Positions 53,487 through 63,281 are shown, counted from the first letter of the stretch. The stretch is 64,000 nucleotides of DNA from Candidatus Helarchaeota archaeon (GCA_019058315.1 JAHPZH010000005.1:288001-352000), one strand, 5' to 3'. Numbers and translations are program-made. The notes: generated from the sequence alone by a model not told the origin.

Positions 53487-54806
53487 TTGGAAGATGAAGT
53501 ATATAAAAAGTATAAAAAAATTAGTAAAGAAAAATGGGGAAAAGATTTTAAATTATGGAAAATTATGTTTGATGGGATTCTGATAAGAGCGAAGACTGAA
53601 CCTTTTACTCCAGCTACTGAATTGTTACTCAATTATTTTGTGAATGTTGGTAGATCTAAAATGAAAGGTAAACCTCTTATAATGCATCCTTTTAACTATA
53701 GTCCTGAATTATTTCACGCTATGGGCATCGAACCGCTCATGCAGGAGATTTTTTCAGTCGGTCTTGCTCCACTTCACGCAAATGAATTTTATATTGATAT
53801 AACAAATCAAATAGGTTATGGAGATAATCCGACTCTTTGCAATGCACAGCGACCTTTAATCGGTTCTTATATTCAGAAGATGGCGCCTATTCCGAATCTT
53901 CTTTTTTTTCTATCTACACCATGTAATTCTATCGCCACCACTTACCAAGTTTTTCAAAACTTAACCGGAGTACCCCAATACAATGTTGATATTCCCTATT
54001 GGAACTATGATGACCCAAATAGTGAGTTTTATGATGAAAAAACATTGGATTATATTTTAGATCAATTGAAACGTTTCATATCCTGGTTAGAACAACAAAC
54101 GAATCAAAAATTAGATGAAGAGAAATTTAAACAGACAATGATCTGGGTTAATAAAGCACGTGAAAATATAATGGAGTTTAATGAATTATTAAGGTCTGTT
54201 CCATGTCCCGTTAACAGTATGCAATCTGGTGTAAATTTTTTAATAATGATAACCAGTGCTGGTACTGAAAATGCCGTTAAAGCGTCTAATTGGATACGTG
54301 ATCAGGCGGCAGAAAACGTCAAAAACAGAATAGCTGGCGTCCCTGACGAAAAGCTCAGAATAGCTTGGCCTTACACTCATGTTTTCTTCGATGCAGATTT
54401 GTTTCCTTGGTTAGAAGAAAACTACCATGCTGTTACAATAATGGATATTTTAGGTCATTATCATGTAAATCCTCATGGTACCTCAACCATTGAAAAATGT
54501 TATGAAAGCTTAGCTAAGGGTACATTGGACTTATCTATGATTGATACATGCCGTGGACCGGTTGAATTTTTTATAGACTACCTTATACGCTTTGTTAAAG
54601 ATTATAAAATTGATTGTATAATTATTCCAATCCAATTTGCTTGTAAACATGCATATTCATTTTTAAGAGTAGTTTTAGAAGAAGTTCGTAAAGAAATCGA
54701 TATACCCTCATTGATGGTCCCTTGCGATCCTTATGATTCAAGGGAAGTAACTTCGGAAACAATTAGAGGAAGGATTGCAGAGTTTCTTACAGAAATTGTA
54801 ATCTAA
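53487..54806 (+). CDS. 2-hydroxyacyl-CoA dehydratase/benzoyl-CoA reductase family, alpha-type subunit (divergently oriented)
   Basis: LCNAQ, PCNS, ACKH; close paralogue of 48639-49961. Confidence 0.85.
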   Translation: MEDEVYKKYKKISKEKWGKDFKLWKIMFDGILIRAKTEPFTPATELLLNYFVNVGRSKMKGKPLIMHPFNYSPELFHAMGIEPLMQEIFSVGLAPLHANEFYIDITNQIGYGDNPTLCNAQRPLIGSYIQKMAPIPNLLFFLSTPCNSIATTYQVFQNLTGVPQYNVDIPYWNYDDPNSEFYDEKTLDYILDQLKRFISWLEQQTNQKLDEEKFKQTMIWVNKARENIMEFNELLRSVPCPVNSMQSGVNFLIMITSAGTENAVKASNWIRDQAAENVKNRIAGVPDEKLRIAWPYTHVFFDADLFPWLEENYHAVTIMDILGHYHVNPHGTSTIEKCYESLAKGTLDLSMIDTCRGPVEFFIDYLIRFVKDYKIDCIIIPIQFACKHAYSFLRVVLEEVRKEIDIPSLMVPCDPYDSREVTSETIRGRIAEFLTEIVI

Positions 54807-54817
54807 AAGAGATTTCT

Positions 54818-55288
54818 TTAATAAGGTTTTGAAATTTCTTCCATAGAAATTTTCTTTTCCATTACGATAAATTTTTTTTCAAACCCATACTTATTAAATA
54901 GTTTTCCTTCTTTTTCTAAATCACGAACGTTAGTTTCGACCCTGCTAACTCCCATATTTTTAAAAAATTCAAACGATGCATCAATTAATGCTTTTCCAAC
55001 ACCTTTTCCACGACTAGTAGGAGAAACCACAAAATTAGAAATATTACCATAAGTTTCTACAAAAGGAGAGACCAAAACTTCAGCTATAATCATTCCCACA
55101 ATTTTATTTTCGTCTTCCGCTATCAACATACCTTGTTGATTATACTTATCTATAGTTCGCCTTTGAATACCATTTTTAAATCTTTTCTCATCAAATTGAG
55201 AACCGGTAACTTTACATAATTCGACCATTAAGTTTTTCATGCCTTTATAATCTTCATTACTCTCTGGGTTATATACTCTTGTTTTCAT
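54818..55288 (-). CDS. GNAT family N-acetyltransferase
   Basis: FVVSPTSRGKGVGKALI acetyl-CoA-binding motif; LFNKYGF. Confidence 0.9.
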   Translation of the reverse strand: MKTRVYNPESNEDYKGMKNLMVELCKVTGSQFDEKRFKNGIQRRTIDKYNQQGMLIAEDENKIVGMIIAEVLVSPFVETYGNISNFVVSPTSRGKGVGKALIDASFEFFKNMGVSRVETNVRDLEKEGKLFNKYGFEKKFIVMEKKISMEEISKPY

Positions 55289-55369
55289 TTCTCATCCCGT
55301 CAAATTTTATTTTTATTACAATTAAAAAAAAAAGATATTTGAATTTATTTATTTTCAAATATAGCCTAG

Positions 55370-57394
55370 TTATGCAACGGGAATATCTGGTTTTCCGTAC
55401 TTTTCTCTAATTTTTTGTCTTAATATCTTTCCTACAGGGGACATAGGAAAATCTTCAGCAAAAATTACTGATCTTGGTTTTTTATATCCTGCAATTTTCC
55501 CTTCAACAGTTTTAACTACTTCCTCTTTTGTCATAGTTTCTCCTTCTTTTAGGACTACTACAGCACGAACTGTTTCTCCCCACTCTTCATCCGGAACTCC
55601 AATTACAGCGACTTGATCGATTTTTGGGTGTTCTAGGAGGATTTCTTCCACCTCTCCTGGAAAAACTTTCTCGGCTCCAGTATTTATACATTCTTTCTTA
55701 CGTTCTACTACATAGACTTCTCCATTTTTAATGTAACCCAAATCTCCACTATGAAGAAACCCTTGTTCGTCGATTGTTTGTTTAGTTTTTTCTGGATCTT
55801 TATAATATCCTTTCATTACAGATCCACCCTTATAGCATAATTCACCAATTTCGCCTTCAGGTAATGGATTGTTATTCTCGTCAACAACCTTCATTTCGTG
55901 TCCTTCTAGAATTGTACCCACACAGCGATCTTGTACTTCCTTTGGATCTCCATCTATCCGCATTGTAGCCACTGGGGCCATTTCCGTTTGACCGAACGCG
56001 TCGACTACGATTGCATTTGGGAAATATTTTAAGATTTTTTGTTTATATTTAGCGCGTAATACAGCAGCACCTGATAAAGCAATAGCTACAGACCCCAAAT
56101 CGAATTTTTTATCGGTTTTTTCAAGATAATCCAAAACTCGTTTCCACATAGTTGGAACTAGAAATATTTGTTTTAATTCTTCACGTTCTACCATTTCCAA
56201 AAGTTCTTCACTACTGAATCCTTTACTCTTTAAGAATACGATAATCGAACCTCGAAACATCCAAGATATTAAGAACACAGCATAGGAAGCTAAATGGAAT
56301 AGTGGAGGGACCATAATTGATTTATCTATATCCTCTTCTTCGGGTCTACTCCTCATTGCCTTTTTTAATCTATTTGCTACCTCTTTTTCACCCGTGACTT
56401 TAATCCTTCCTTTCATCATCAATCTTATAATTTTAAACATAAGCTTGATTTTTCCCCATCTACTATAAGCTAATGGTTGAATGTTAGCCAAATCTCTTGC
56501 TTGGTCAGCAACTCCGAATGTGACTATTCCATGATATTGCCCTTCAGGTGGTATACCTACAAATGGCTTTATTTTATCTTCTCGAATTGCAAATGTCATA
56601 ACAGGAAGTGAAGGACCCTTTTTTGTGGGATTTTCTAAAACAATTACTTTTTCCTTCATATCAGGATCTTCATAAAAAATATCTGGAATCCATGAAACTG
56701 TAATATAATTTTCAAGCATTCTTCTCTGTAATTCATTTTTCGCAAATATGGGATCATCTAGATCTTTTATAGGAGGCAAAATTGCCCCTAGGAAAGCCAT
56801 TGCACTCTCTTCATTGTATAATATATTATCATAAGTTAACATTACACCTTTAGGCCTCCCAGTTGTACCTCCAGTGTAAATTATCACAGCTACATCTCTA
56901 TCCTTTACGTCTACTTTAATCACTTTATCTTTAGCCTTATCGATAAATTTATCATAATTTATCATATCTTTTGGAGTATTTGGACCGTCATGAATCAAAT
57001 ATTTTACCTTGGGAATCTTATCTCGTATTTTTTGAAGCTCCTCCATGGCATCGTCATCAAAAATGAAAATTTTGGAATCACTATTATTTAAGAGAAACTC
57101 CATTTCAGAAGCGACATAACGGAAATTCATAGGGACAGGGATTGCGCCAAGGGATTGTACAGCCAAGTTGTTTATTACGAATTGGGGAGAGTTATAACTC
57201 AGAAAACTGACTTTATCTCCTTTTTTTATACCTAAACTCCTTAATGCATTAGCTAATTTATTTATTCTTGTAAGTAATTGTTTCCATGTGTATTTTTCTT
57301 CACCATATATCATGGCGATACGATCTTTTGGGAAATATTTAGCTTTAATTAAAACTGCTTCAAAAAATTTACCTAATTGGACCATAAAATTCAC
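55370..57394 (-). CDS. AMP-dependent acyl-CoA synthetase with an internal inserted domain
   Basis: YTGGTTGRPKG, PLFH, FGQTE, GEL, GYY, SGDLG, RKKE..GAEKV.P.EVE, GKIL. Confidence 0.92.
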   Translation of the reverse strand: MNFMVQLGKFFEAVLIKAKYFPKDRIAMIYGEEKYTWKQLLTRINKLANALRSLGIKKGDKVSFLSYNSPQFVINNLAVQSLGAIPVPMNFRYVASEMEFLLNNSDSKIFIFDDDAMEELQKIRDKIPKVKYLIHDGPNTPKDMINYDKFIDKAKDKVIKVDVKDRDVAVIIYTGGTTGRPKGVMLTYDNILYNEESAMAFLGAILPPIKDLDDPIFAKNELQRRMLENYITVSWIPDIFYEDPDMKEKVIVLENPTKKGPSLPVMTFAIREDKIKPFVGIPPEGQYHGIVTFGVADQARDLANIQPLAYSRWGKIKLMFKIIRLMMKGRIKVTGEKEVANRLKKAMRSRPEEEDIDKSIMVPPLFHLASYAVFLISWMFRGSIIVFLKSKGFSSEELLEMVEREELKQIFLVPTMWKRVLDYLEKTDKKFDLGSVAIALSGAAVLRAKYKQKILKYFPNAIVVDAFGQTEMAPVATMRIDGDPKEVQDRCVGTILEGHEMKVVDENNNPLPEGEIGELCYKGGSVMKGYYKDPEKTKQTIDEQGFLHSGDLGYIKNGEVYVVERKKECINTGAEKVFPGEVEEILLEHPKIDQVAVIGVPDEEWGETVRAVVVLKEGETMTKEEVVKTVEGKIAGYKKPRSVIFAEDFPMSPVGKILRQKIREKYGKPDIPVA

Positions 57395-57634
57395 ATCTAT
57401 TTTTTAAAAGCAAGTCGGATTGAACTTAATACTTAAAAAAAATGTAATAAAAAAATCTAATACTATAATGTCTTTTTTTTTATTAAAGTCTAATTTAAGT
57501 ATTTAAATTAAGAATAAATCAATAAAGAAATCTTAAGGAATTATCAATCAAGGAGAAAAGGGCATCTCAAATAGCCATATTAAAAAATAATGGAATTTTT
57601 AAATGAGAAAAAAAAAAGAATGTAAAAGAATTGT

Positions 57635-57850
57635 TTAATAGCCTTTAATTGCTAGATCAATGTCTCCTTTTGTAATTTTCTTTCTTCCGGCATGTTTAGT
57701 GAGTGTATATGCTCTTTTTGAGACTCGAACTGCTTCGTCTTGTAACCAGACAATTAAATGTGCTATTGCATCTCTCGCGACAATCTTTGCCCCTGAATCC
57801 GCCATGACAGCACGGAGAGGCGACCAAGCAAAATATCTTTTCTTTGCCAT
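57635..57850 (-). CDS. Archaeal histone
   Basis: 71 aa: SPLRAVM..GAKIVARDA..L......A....KHAGRKKITKGDI. Confidence 0.9.
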   Translation of the reverse strand: MAKKRYFAWSPLRAVMADSGAKIVARDAIAHLIVWLQDEAVRVSKRAYTLTKHAGRKKITKGDIDLAIKGY

Positions 57851-57992
57851 ATTTCTTCCCTTCATAAATCATTTATTCTTATCTTTTTTTAATTTAGAGA
57901 ATTGAATCTCTTCAATTTTTCTATTTTTAAAATTTTGATAATTTATTTTGTTTATGAAATATATAGTTGTTATTATTAGAAGATCATTTAGT

Positions 57993-58019
57993 TTTTATAA
58001 AGATTTTGCTATTATGTCG
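57993..58019 (-). promoter_or_regulatory. Putative BRE/TATA promoter of the left histone gene
   Basis: Minus strand CGAC-N7-CAAAATCTTTATAAA; mirrored at 58456-58482. Confidence 0.5.
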
Positions 58020-58455
58020 AAATTTTCGGACACTATGTGATTTAATTCGAGTCAATTTTCTTATCATACTTTTTTGGAGAAATTACTATCCTAGAATTTT
58101 CTTGTTGTAATAAATTTTGATCATAATCAGATATATTTAGAATGTATAATTCAACACAATTTTCTTTTCTATAAACTATATTAATTAAATAATAATTCGA
58201 ATAATATCTAATTAAATTATGACTCGTCATTCTGATCATATATTATTTCAATAATATTCACAAATTATTTATAAAAAATAATTCAAAAACCTGCTAAACT
58301 AATCTTTAGCAAAAAAAATAAGGTTTTAAGAAATTAAAATTTAGCTTTTTTTCTCGTACATAAATTATTCAACAATAATGCGAAAACTTCGAAAAGGCGA
58401 TATCACATTTTATCATTGAAATTTTCAAGTGCATATTGTATTATTATGATATTAC

Positions 58456-58482
58456 CGACGAAAAAACAAAATCTTTATTAAA
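58456..58482 (+). promoter_or_regulatory. Putative BRE/TATA promoter of the right histone gene
   Basis: CGAC-N7-CAAAATCTTTATTAAA about 50 bp before the start; RBS-like GAGGT before TTG. Confidence 0.5.
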
Positions 58483-58533
58483 ATTAAATGAAACTTTAAT
58501 AACGACAAATAAAGTCAATATGAGGTAAGAAAT

Positions 58534-58749
58534 TTGGCGAAAAAAAGATATTTTGCTTGGTCGCCTCTCCGTGCTGTCATGAAAGATGCCGGAGCAAAGA
58601 TAGTAGCACGTGATGCATTGGCTCATCTTATAGCATGGTTACAAGACGAAGCAGTTCGAGTCTCAAAAAGAGCATATACACTCACTAAACATGCTGGAAG
58701 AAAGAAAATCACAAAAGGAGACATAAATCTATCAATTAAAGGTTATTAA
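58534..58749 (+). CDS. Archaeal histone, paralogue of 57635-57850
   Basis: 71 aa, nearly identical histone fold; TTG start after GAGGT. Confidence 0.9.
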   Translation: MAKKRYFAWSPLRAVMKDAGAKIVARDALAHLIAWLQDEAVRVSKRAYTLTKHAGRKKITKGDINLSIKGY

Positions 58750-58837
58750 ATCAGAATAATCTTTCATTCCTTCCTTTTTTTTATTTTTTAAAGATAAAAA
58801 TAGTTATCTTTTTCGATTTTTAGTAGCATATTGAAAA

Positions 58838-59506
58838 TTACTTTTCATATTCAATCGGATCAATTAGTCCTGCCATTTCAAAACCATTTAAGCGTAATAG
58901 GCATGAATCGCATTGTCCACAAGCTTTTTTACCACCTTTATAACAGCTCCAAGTTTTTTCATAGGGAACATTTAATTTTGACCCAAGTTGAATAATCTCT
59001 CTTTTATCCATATGGATAATTGGTGTTTTAATGTTAATATTTTGTGCTTTTGATCCTAATTGAATAGCTTTTTGCATCGCTTTTATGTATTCAGGACGGC
59101 AATCTGGATAACCAGAATAATCTATGAAGTTCATACCTGCAAATATAGTATCAGCACCAATTATTTCAGCATAAGCAGCTGCAAAAGCTAGAAAAATAGT
59201 ATTTCTCATAGGAACATAAGTTACAGGAATTTCACTTGTCATCTCTTCCATTTCTCTGTCTAAAGGAACCTCAATATTTTGATCGGTAAGAGCCGAACCC
59301 CCAATTTGAGTTAAATCAACTTTTAATATCTTGTGTTCTTTAGCTCCCACTGAGCTTGCAATATTTTTTGCGGCATCTAATTCTCTTTTATGTCTTTGTC
59401 CATAGTCAAAAGAGAGGGCATATACTTCATAGCCTTGATCCTTTGCATAATATATTACTGTAGATGAGTCCAATCCTCCAGAAAGTAAGCAAATTGCCTT
59501 TGTCAT
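58838..59506 (-). CDS. queC: 7-cyano-7-deazaguanine synthase
   Basis: SGGLDS, FDYGQRH, TYVPMRN, YPDCR, SCY..CGQCDSC. Confidence 0.96.
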   Translation of the reverse strand: MTKAICLLSGGLDSSTVIYYAKDQGYEVYALSFDYGQRHKRELDAAKNIASSVGAKEHKILKVDLTQIGGSALTDQNIEVPLDREMEEMTSEIPVTYVPMRNTIFLAFAAAYAEIIGADTIFAGMNFIDYSGYPDCRPEYIKAMQKAIQLGSKAQNINIKTPIIHMDKREIIQLGSKLNVPYEKTWSCYKGGKKACGQCDSCLLRLNGFEMAGLIDPIEYEK

Positions 59507-59519
59507 TCATTAATCCCCT

Positions 59520-59984
59520 TTATAAATCCCCATATGCAGCCCAAGAGCCCGTATTTTCATTAAGCATTATTTGAAATTTTTTAACATTAAGCCTTTCTTT
59601 TAAAATTGAATAGATATATTGAGCTAAACATTCCGCAGTTGATGCATCAATTGGTATTTGGGCTATATCTTCTTTGGGTATTGAATAGAATTTCTCAGTC
59701 TTTTTAATTTTAATGTCTAAATTATTTCCATTTTCATTAACATGGATAGCAGGATTTTTCATAGGTAGAATTAATTTATGATCCAGATGTTCTATCGATT
59801 CTAGAATTATCTTTTTTACTTTTAAAAAATCAATAATCATAGAATTATTATCCAAATCCCCAAAAATCTCAATTTTAACATAGTAATTATGGCCATGTAT
59901 CCGAGAACATTTATCATGTTCAATTAAAAAGTGGGCAGCACTGAAATTTAGTTTTGGATCATCTAAAATTAATTTGTGACTCAT
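59520..59984 (-). CDS. queD: 6-carboxy-5,6,7,8-tetrahydropterin synthase
   Basis: FSAAH, CSRIHGHNY, IDF, LDH, STAE. Confidence 0.92.
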   Translation of the reverse strand: MSHKLILDDPKLNFSAAHFLIEHDKCSRIHGHNYYVKIEIFGDLDNNSMIIDFLKVKKIILESIEHLDHKLILPMKNPAIHVNENGNNLDIKIKKTEKFYSIPKEDIAQIPIDASTAECLAQYIYSILKERLNVKKFQIMLNENTGSWAAYGDL

Positions 59985-59996
59985 TTTATCATCTCA

Positions 59997-60782
59997 TTAT
60001 AAATATCCTAGAAATTTATGAGTTTGAACAGAAATTCCTATTTGATCTGGGGTGAGATACTTAGCTGCAGCTTCTGTTAATTTGCAAATATGTTGAAAAT
60101 TAGGAATTATTGCTTTATTTTTTTTCGCACTTACTATTTGAATAGCTAATGGAACATCTAATTCTGATAATCGACTGGCATACCATTCAATATTTTCAAC
60201 TTTTGTGGAAATTGTTACCACAACTTTCGCAAAAATCTTCTTCTGTGCATTTACAAAAAATTTTATGGTCTGAAATTCTTTTTCCACTATCTTTTTCCAT
60301 TCTTTTAATTTGATTGCCGTTTCATCTTTTATATCACAACAACAATAATCAAAAAACTCGACAATTTTTTTAGCATTTTCAGGTAAAGATCCATTAGTTT
60401 CAAGATAAAGTTTAAAATCTGATAATTGTTCTACCAACTCGCATAAAAATTCTATTTGGTAAAGAGGTTCTCCACCTGTAATACTGATTGAATGGAGATC
60501 TGGAGTGGAGATTTTATTAATCCAATTTAAAATTAATTCCACATCAACAGGATTTTGTAGATTGATGAAATCACCACATCCAGGAGTCTTTTCCACTTTA
60601 AAATCTTTGATTTTCACAGTTTGTGCAAACGGGGAATCACACCAGACACATGGATGCGAATCTTTAGAAAAATTGCAACCTGCAAAACGAATGAAGCATT
60701 GTCTTTTACCATAACAGCTACCTTCTACTGCAAACCCTTCGCCTTGAAATGAAGAAAAAATTTCTACTAAGTATCCTGGCAT
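59997..60782 (-). CDS. queE: 7-carboxy-7-deazaguanine synthase (radical SAM)
   Basis: EIFSSFQGEG, FIRFAGCN..CVWCDS, TGGEP, LETNG, QTHK; in an operon with queD and queC. Confidence 0.92.
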   Translation of the reverse strand: MPGYLVEIFSSFQGEGFAVEGSCYGKRQCFIRFAGCNFSKDSHPCVWCDSPFAQTVKIKDFKVEKTPGCGDFINLQNPVDVELILNWINKISTPDLHSISITGGEPLYQIEFLCELVEQLSDFKLYLETNGSLPENAKKIVEFFDYCCCDIKDETAIKLKEWKKIVEKEFQTIKFFVNAQKKIFAKVVVTISTKVENIEWYASRLSELDVPLAIQIVSAKKNKAIIPNFQHICKLTEAAAKYLTPDQIGISVQTHKFLGYL

Positions 60783-61275
60783 CTACAGATCCTTCAATAT
60801 TTTTTATTTTTTCTTAGATTTGTATATTAAAACCCTTTCCAAAAACTATAATTGTCAAATATAAACGCTTTTTATTTAAAAAAAACTTGAATCCCTTCCT
60901 TATTTTTATCGACAAAAAACAAAATAATCTGAAATCTTACTGATTTTAAAATATTTTCATAATCTAATATGAATTAACATGTAATGAATAACTAATTATA
61001 TTATTAATTTTAATTTGTTACAAAATTTGTAAAACAATTATAATTTTATAATAACCAAATTAAAAATTAAAATAAAAATGAGGAAAATATCAAATTTTCA
61101 AATATTTCCAACAAAAATAAAGACATTACTAAGATATTTTAGGTCAAATTATATTTTTTATTGGTACTGATATCATATGATTTTCAAAATTTACTATTAA
61201 TTCAATAGATATTATAAACATTTAAACAAAAACCTTAAATATTTCCCTTTTGAAACCTATTACGAGGGTATCAAT

Positions 61276-61662
61276 ATGGATCTGACCGATTTTAAAGCAA
61301 AGGATATTATGGTTCAAAAACTTGTCACTTCAAATCCAGATGAGAAAGTTGGTTCAACGGATATTTTAATGGTTCGGAGGGGTGTTGGTTGCTTATTAAT
61401 AACCAAAGATGAAAAATTAGTCGGAATTCTAACAAACCGTGACATTATTAGGTTAAAAAATTCTACTGACGCAATTCATAAAACTGTAGGTCAGATAATG
61501 ACGAAAAACCCAATGACAATAACTGCGGATACTGATTTGAAATCAATTATTAAAATTATGGTTACACATTCAATAGAACATCTACCTGTAATTGAAAATG
61601 GAAAACTTGTTGGTTTGGTCGGTCATAATCAAATTTTTAGGTCAATAATGAAATTAATATAG
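61276..61662 (+). CDS. CBS domain pair protein
   Basis: KDIM..LVGILTNRDI..VGQIMTKNP..HLPVIENGKLVG. Confidence 0.9.
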   Translation: MDLTDFKAKDIMVQKLVTSNPDEKVGSTDILMVRRGVGCLLITKDEKLVGILTNRDIIRLKNSTDAIHKTVGQIMTKNPMTITADTDLKSIIKIMVTHSIEHLPVIENGKLVGLVGHNQIFRSIMKLI

Positions 61663-61698
61663 AGTAAAAATTGCTTCGAATTTTAAATTTGAATAATA

Positions 61699-61893
61699 TT
61701 AAGCTTTTACTTCATCTATTTCTGTTTCTGTTTTAGCTTCATATATTAAATAAACCCCAGTTAGAATAAACATTATGGGTATAATTACACCAATTGTGAA
61801 TAATACCTCACTTAAAATGAATAATGTAAGAATAATTCCTCCAAAAACCAAAATAATTATCCCTAAAATTAATTCAGTCTTATATAAAACCAT
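61699..61893 (-). CDS. Small 2-TM membrane protein
   Basis: Two hydrophobic helices and an acidic tail. Confidence 0.55.
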   Translation of the reverse strand: MVLYKTELILGIIILVFGGIILTLFILSEVLFTIGVIIPIMFILTGVYLIYEAKTETEIDEVKA

Positions 61894-62010
61894 AATTTTA
61901 ATTATATTTGGTATTATTATAACTTTTTTGGAGTTCTAATTAAAATCCATAAAATTCTTTAAATCCTAAATTTAAATTAAAAATGAATAGTAAAAAGATA
62001 ATTTGTTCTG

Positions 62011-62838
62011 ATGTTGATTACTCTAACTCAGAACTCAATCAATTTAGGAGATTTGCATTTGTCGATAAATAATAAAGAAATTGTTGAAAAATTTAAATCA
62101 GTTTTTAAATTGAAAGATTTACCAATTGCTTTTTTTTATACAGATAATCCTCCTCAAGACGTCTATAAGCCAAAAGCAAAATCCATAGAAAATCTTCCTT
62201 GTATAATCCAATTTTTGAATGGAGTTAGGAAAGGTAGGACTCTTGTCCTTGGTAAAGAGAGTAGAAATTTGTGTCCTGGAGGATTAGCCTATTTAGGTTT
62301 TAAAAAGATATTTCCTGGGTTAGAATATTTTTTATCGACAGGAATAAGAGATAAAGAAGGTAATTTGGTAATAGAGGGGGAGAGATTTAAAAAAACTCCA
62401 GAAATAGCCAGAGAACTGTATGGCAACATTCCTTATAGAAAAAGTCCAGCAAAATATGCCGTATTCATGCCTTTAGATAAAGTAAATAACGAAATATATA
62501 AACCAAGTCTTGTAATTTTCTTCGTTAACATGGATCAATTAAGTGGTTTAATTCAATTAACACATTATGATTTGACTAATAATAGAACCGTAATAGGATA
62601 TGGTTCTGGCTGTAGTTCTATTGTGACAGAACCATTAGATGAACTTGAAAAAAGTGAGACCCCTAGAGCTGTAGTCGGTATGTTAACAGACATTTTATCA
62701 AGAGGACATATAAAAAGAGATGAAGCAACTTTTACTGTTGGTTATAAAAGGTTACTTCAATTATATGAAAACATTGAAGGAAGTTTTATTGAATTAGAAG
62801 CTTGGAAAAAAATACAAAATAGGAATAAGATTAATTAG
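62011..62838 (+). CDS. DUF169 family protein
   Basis: PIAFFYTD, CPGG..YLGF, FLSTG, GERF.K, PSLVIFF..DQLSGL, SGCSS. Confidence 0.8.
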   Translation: MLITLTQNSINLGDLHLSINNKEIVEKFKSVFKLKDLPIAFFYTDNPPQDVYKPKAKSIENLPCIIQFLNGVRKGRTLVLGKESRNLCPGGLAYLGFKKIFPGLEYFLSTGIRDKEGNLVIEGERFKKTPEIARELYGNIPYRKSPAKYAVFMPLDKVNNEIYKPSLVIFFVNMDQLSGLIQLTHYDLTNNRTVIGYGSGCSSIVTEPLDELEKSETPRAVVGMLTDILSRGHIKRDEATFTVGYKRLLQLYENIEGSFIELEAWKKIQNRNKIN

Positions 62839-62873
62839 TTAATAAAGTTTAGGTAATAGAAGGAATTTAGGAA

Positions 62874-63281
62874 ATGATGGAAGATCTACCTATAAATTCG
62901 AAAGATTTTCACTCTTTTGGTGAATTAATAGGATTAAAATTCACAAAAGTAGAAAAGGGATATAGTCAATGTGTAATAGAAGTAAATGAAAGATTATTTA
63001 ATCCACATAAAGTTTTACATGGAGCGGTACTTTATTCGATGGCTGATACTGGTATGGGAGGGGCAGTTTATCCATATTTAGAAAAAGGTGAACTGTGTGC
63101 AACTGTAGAAATTAAGATCACATATTTTTCAGCAGTAAAATCGGGTAAAGTTGTATGTGATACAAAAGTAATTCATAAAAGGAAAAAAATTGTTATTTTG
63201 GAATCGGAAATAAAACATGATGATCAGCTTATAGCAAAAGCTATAGGAACCTACTCAATTTTCAAAGTAAAACATGATTAG
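62874..63281 (+). CDS. PaaI family thioesterase (hotdog fold)
   Basis: NPHKVLHGAVLYSMADTGMG, TVEIKITY. Confidence 0.9.
   Translation: MMEDLPINSKDFHSFGELIGLKFTKVEKGYSQCVIEVNERLFNPHKVLHGAVLYSMADTGMGGAVYPYLEKGELCATVEIKITYFSAVKSGKVVCDTKVIHKRKKIVILESEIKHDDQLIAKAIGTYSIFKVKHD

Noticed and set aside
58042-58239. 65-aa ORF in the histone spacer
   Set aside because: Very AT-rich, no motif or RBS; probably a chance ORF
60783-61275. Possible preQ riboswitch upstream of queEDC
   Set aside because: No preQ1-type stem with an A-rich tail recognisable; the region is simply AT-rich
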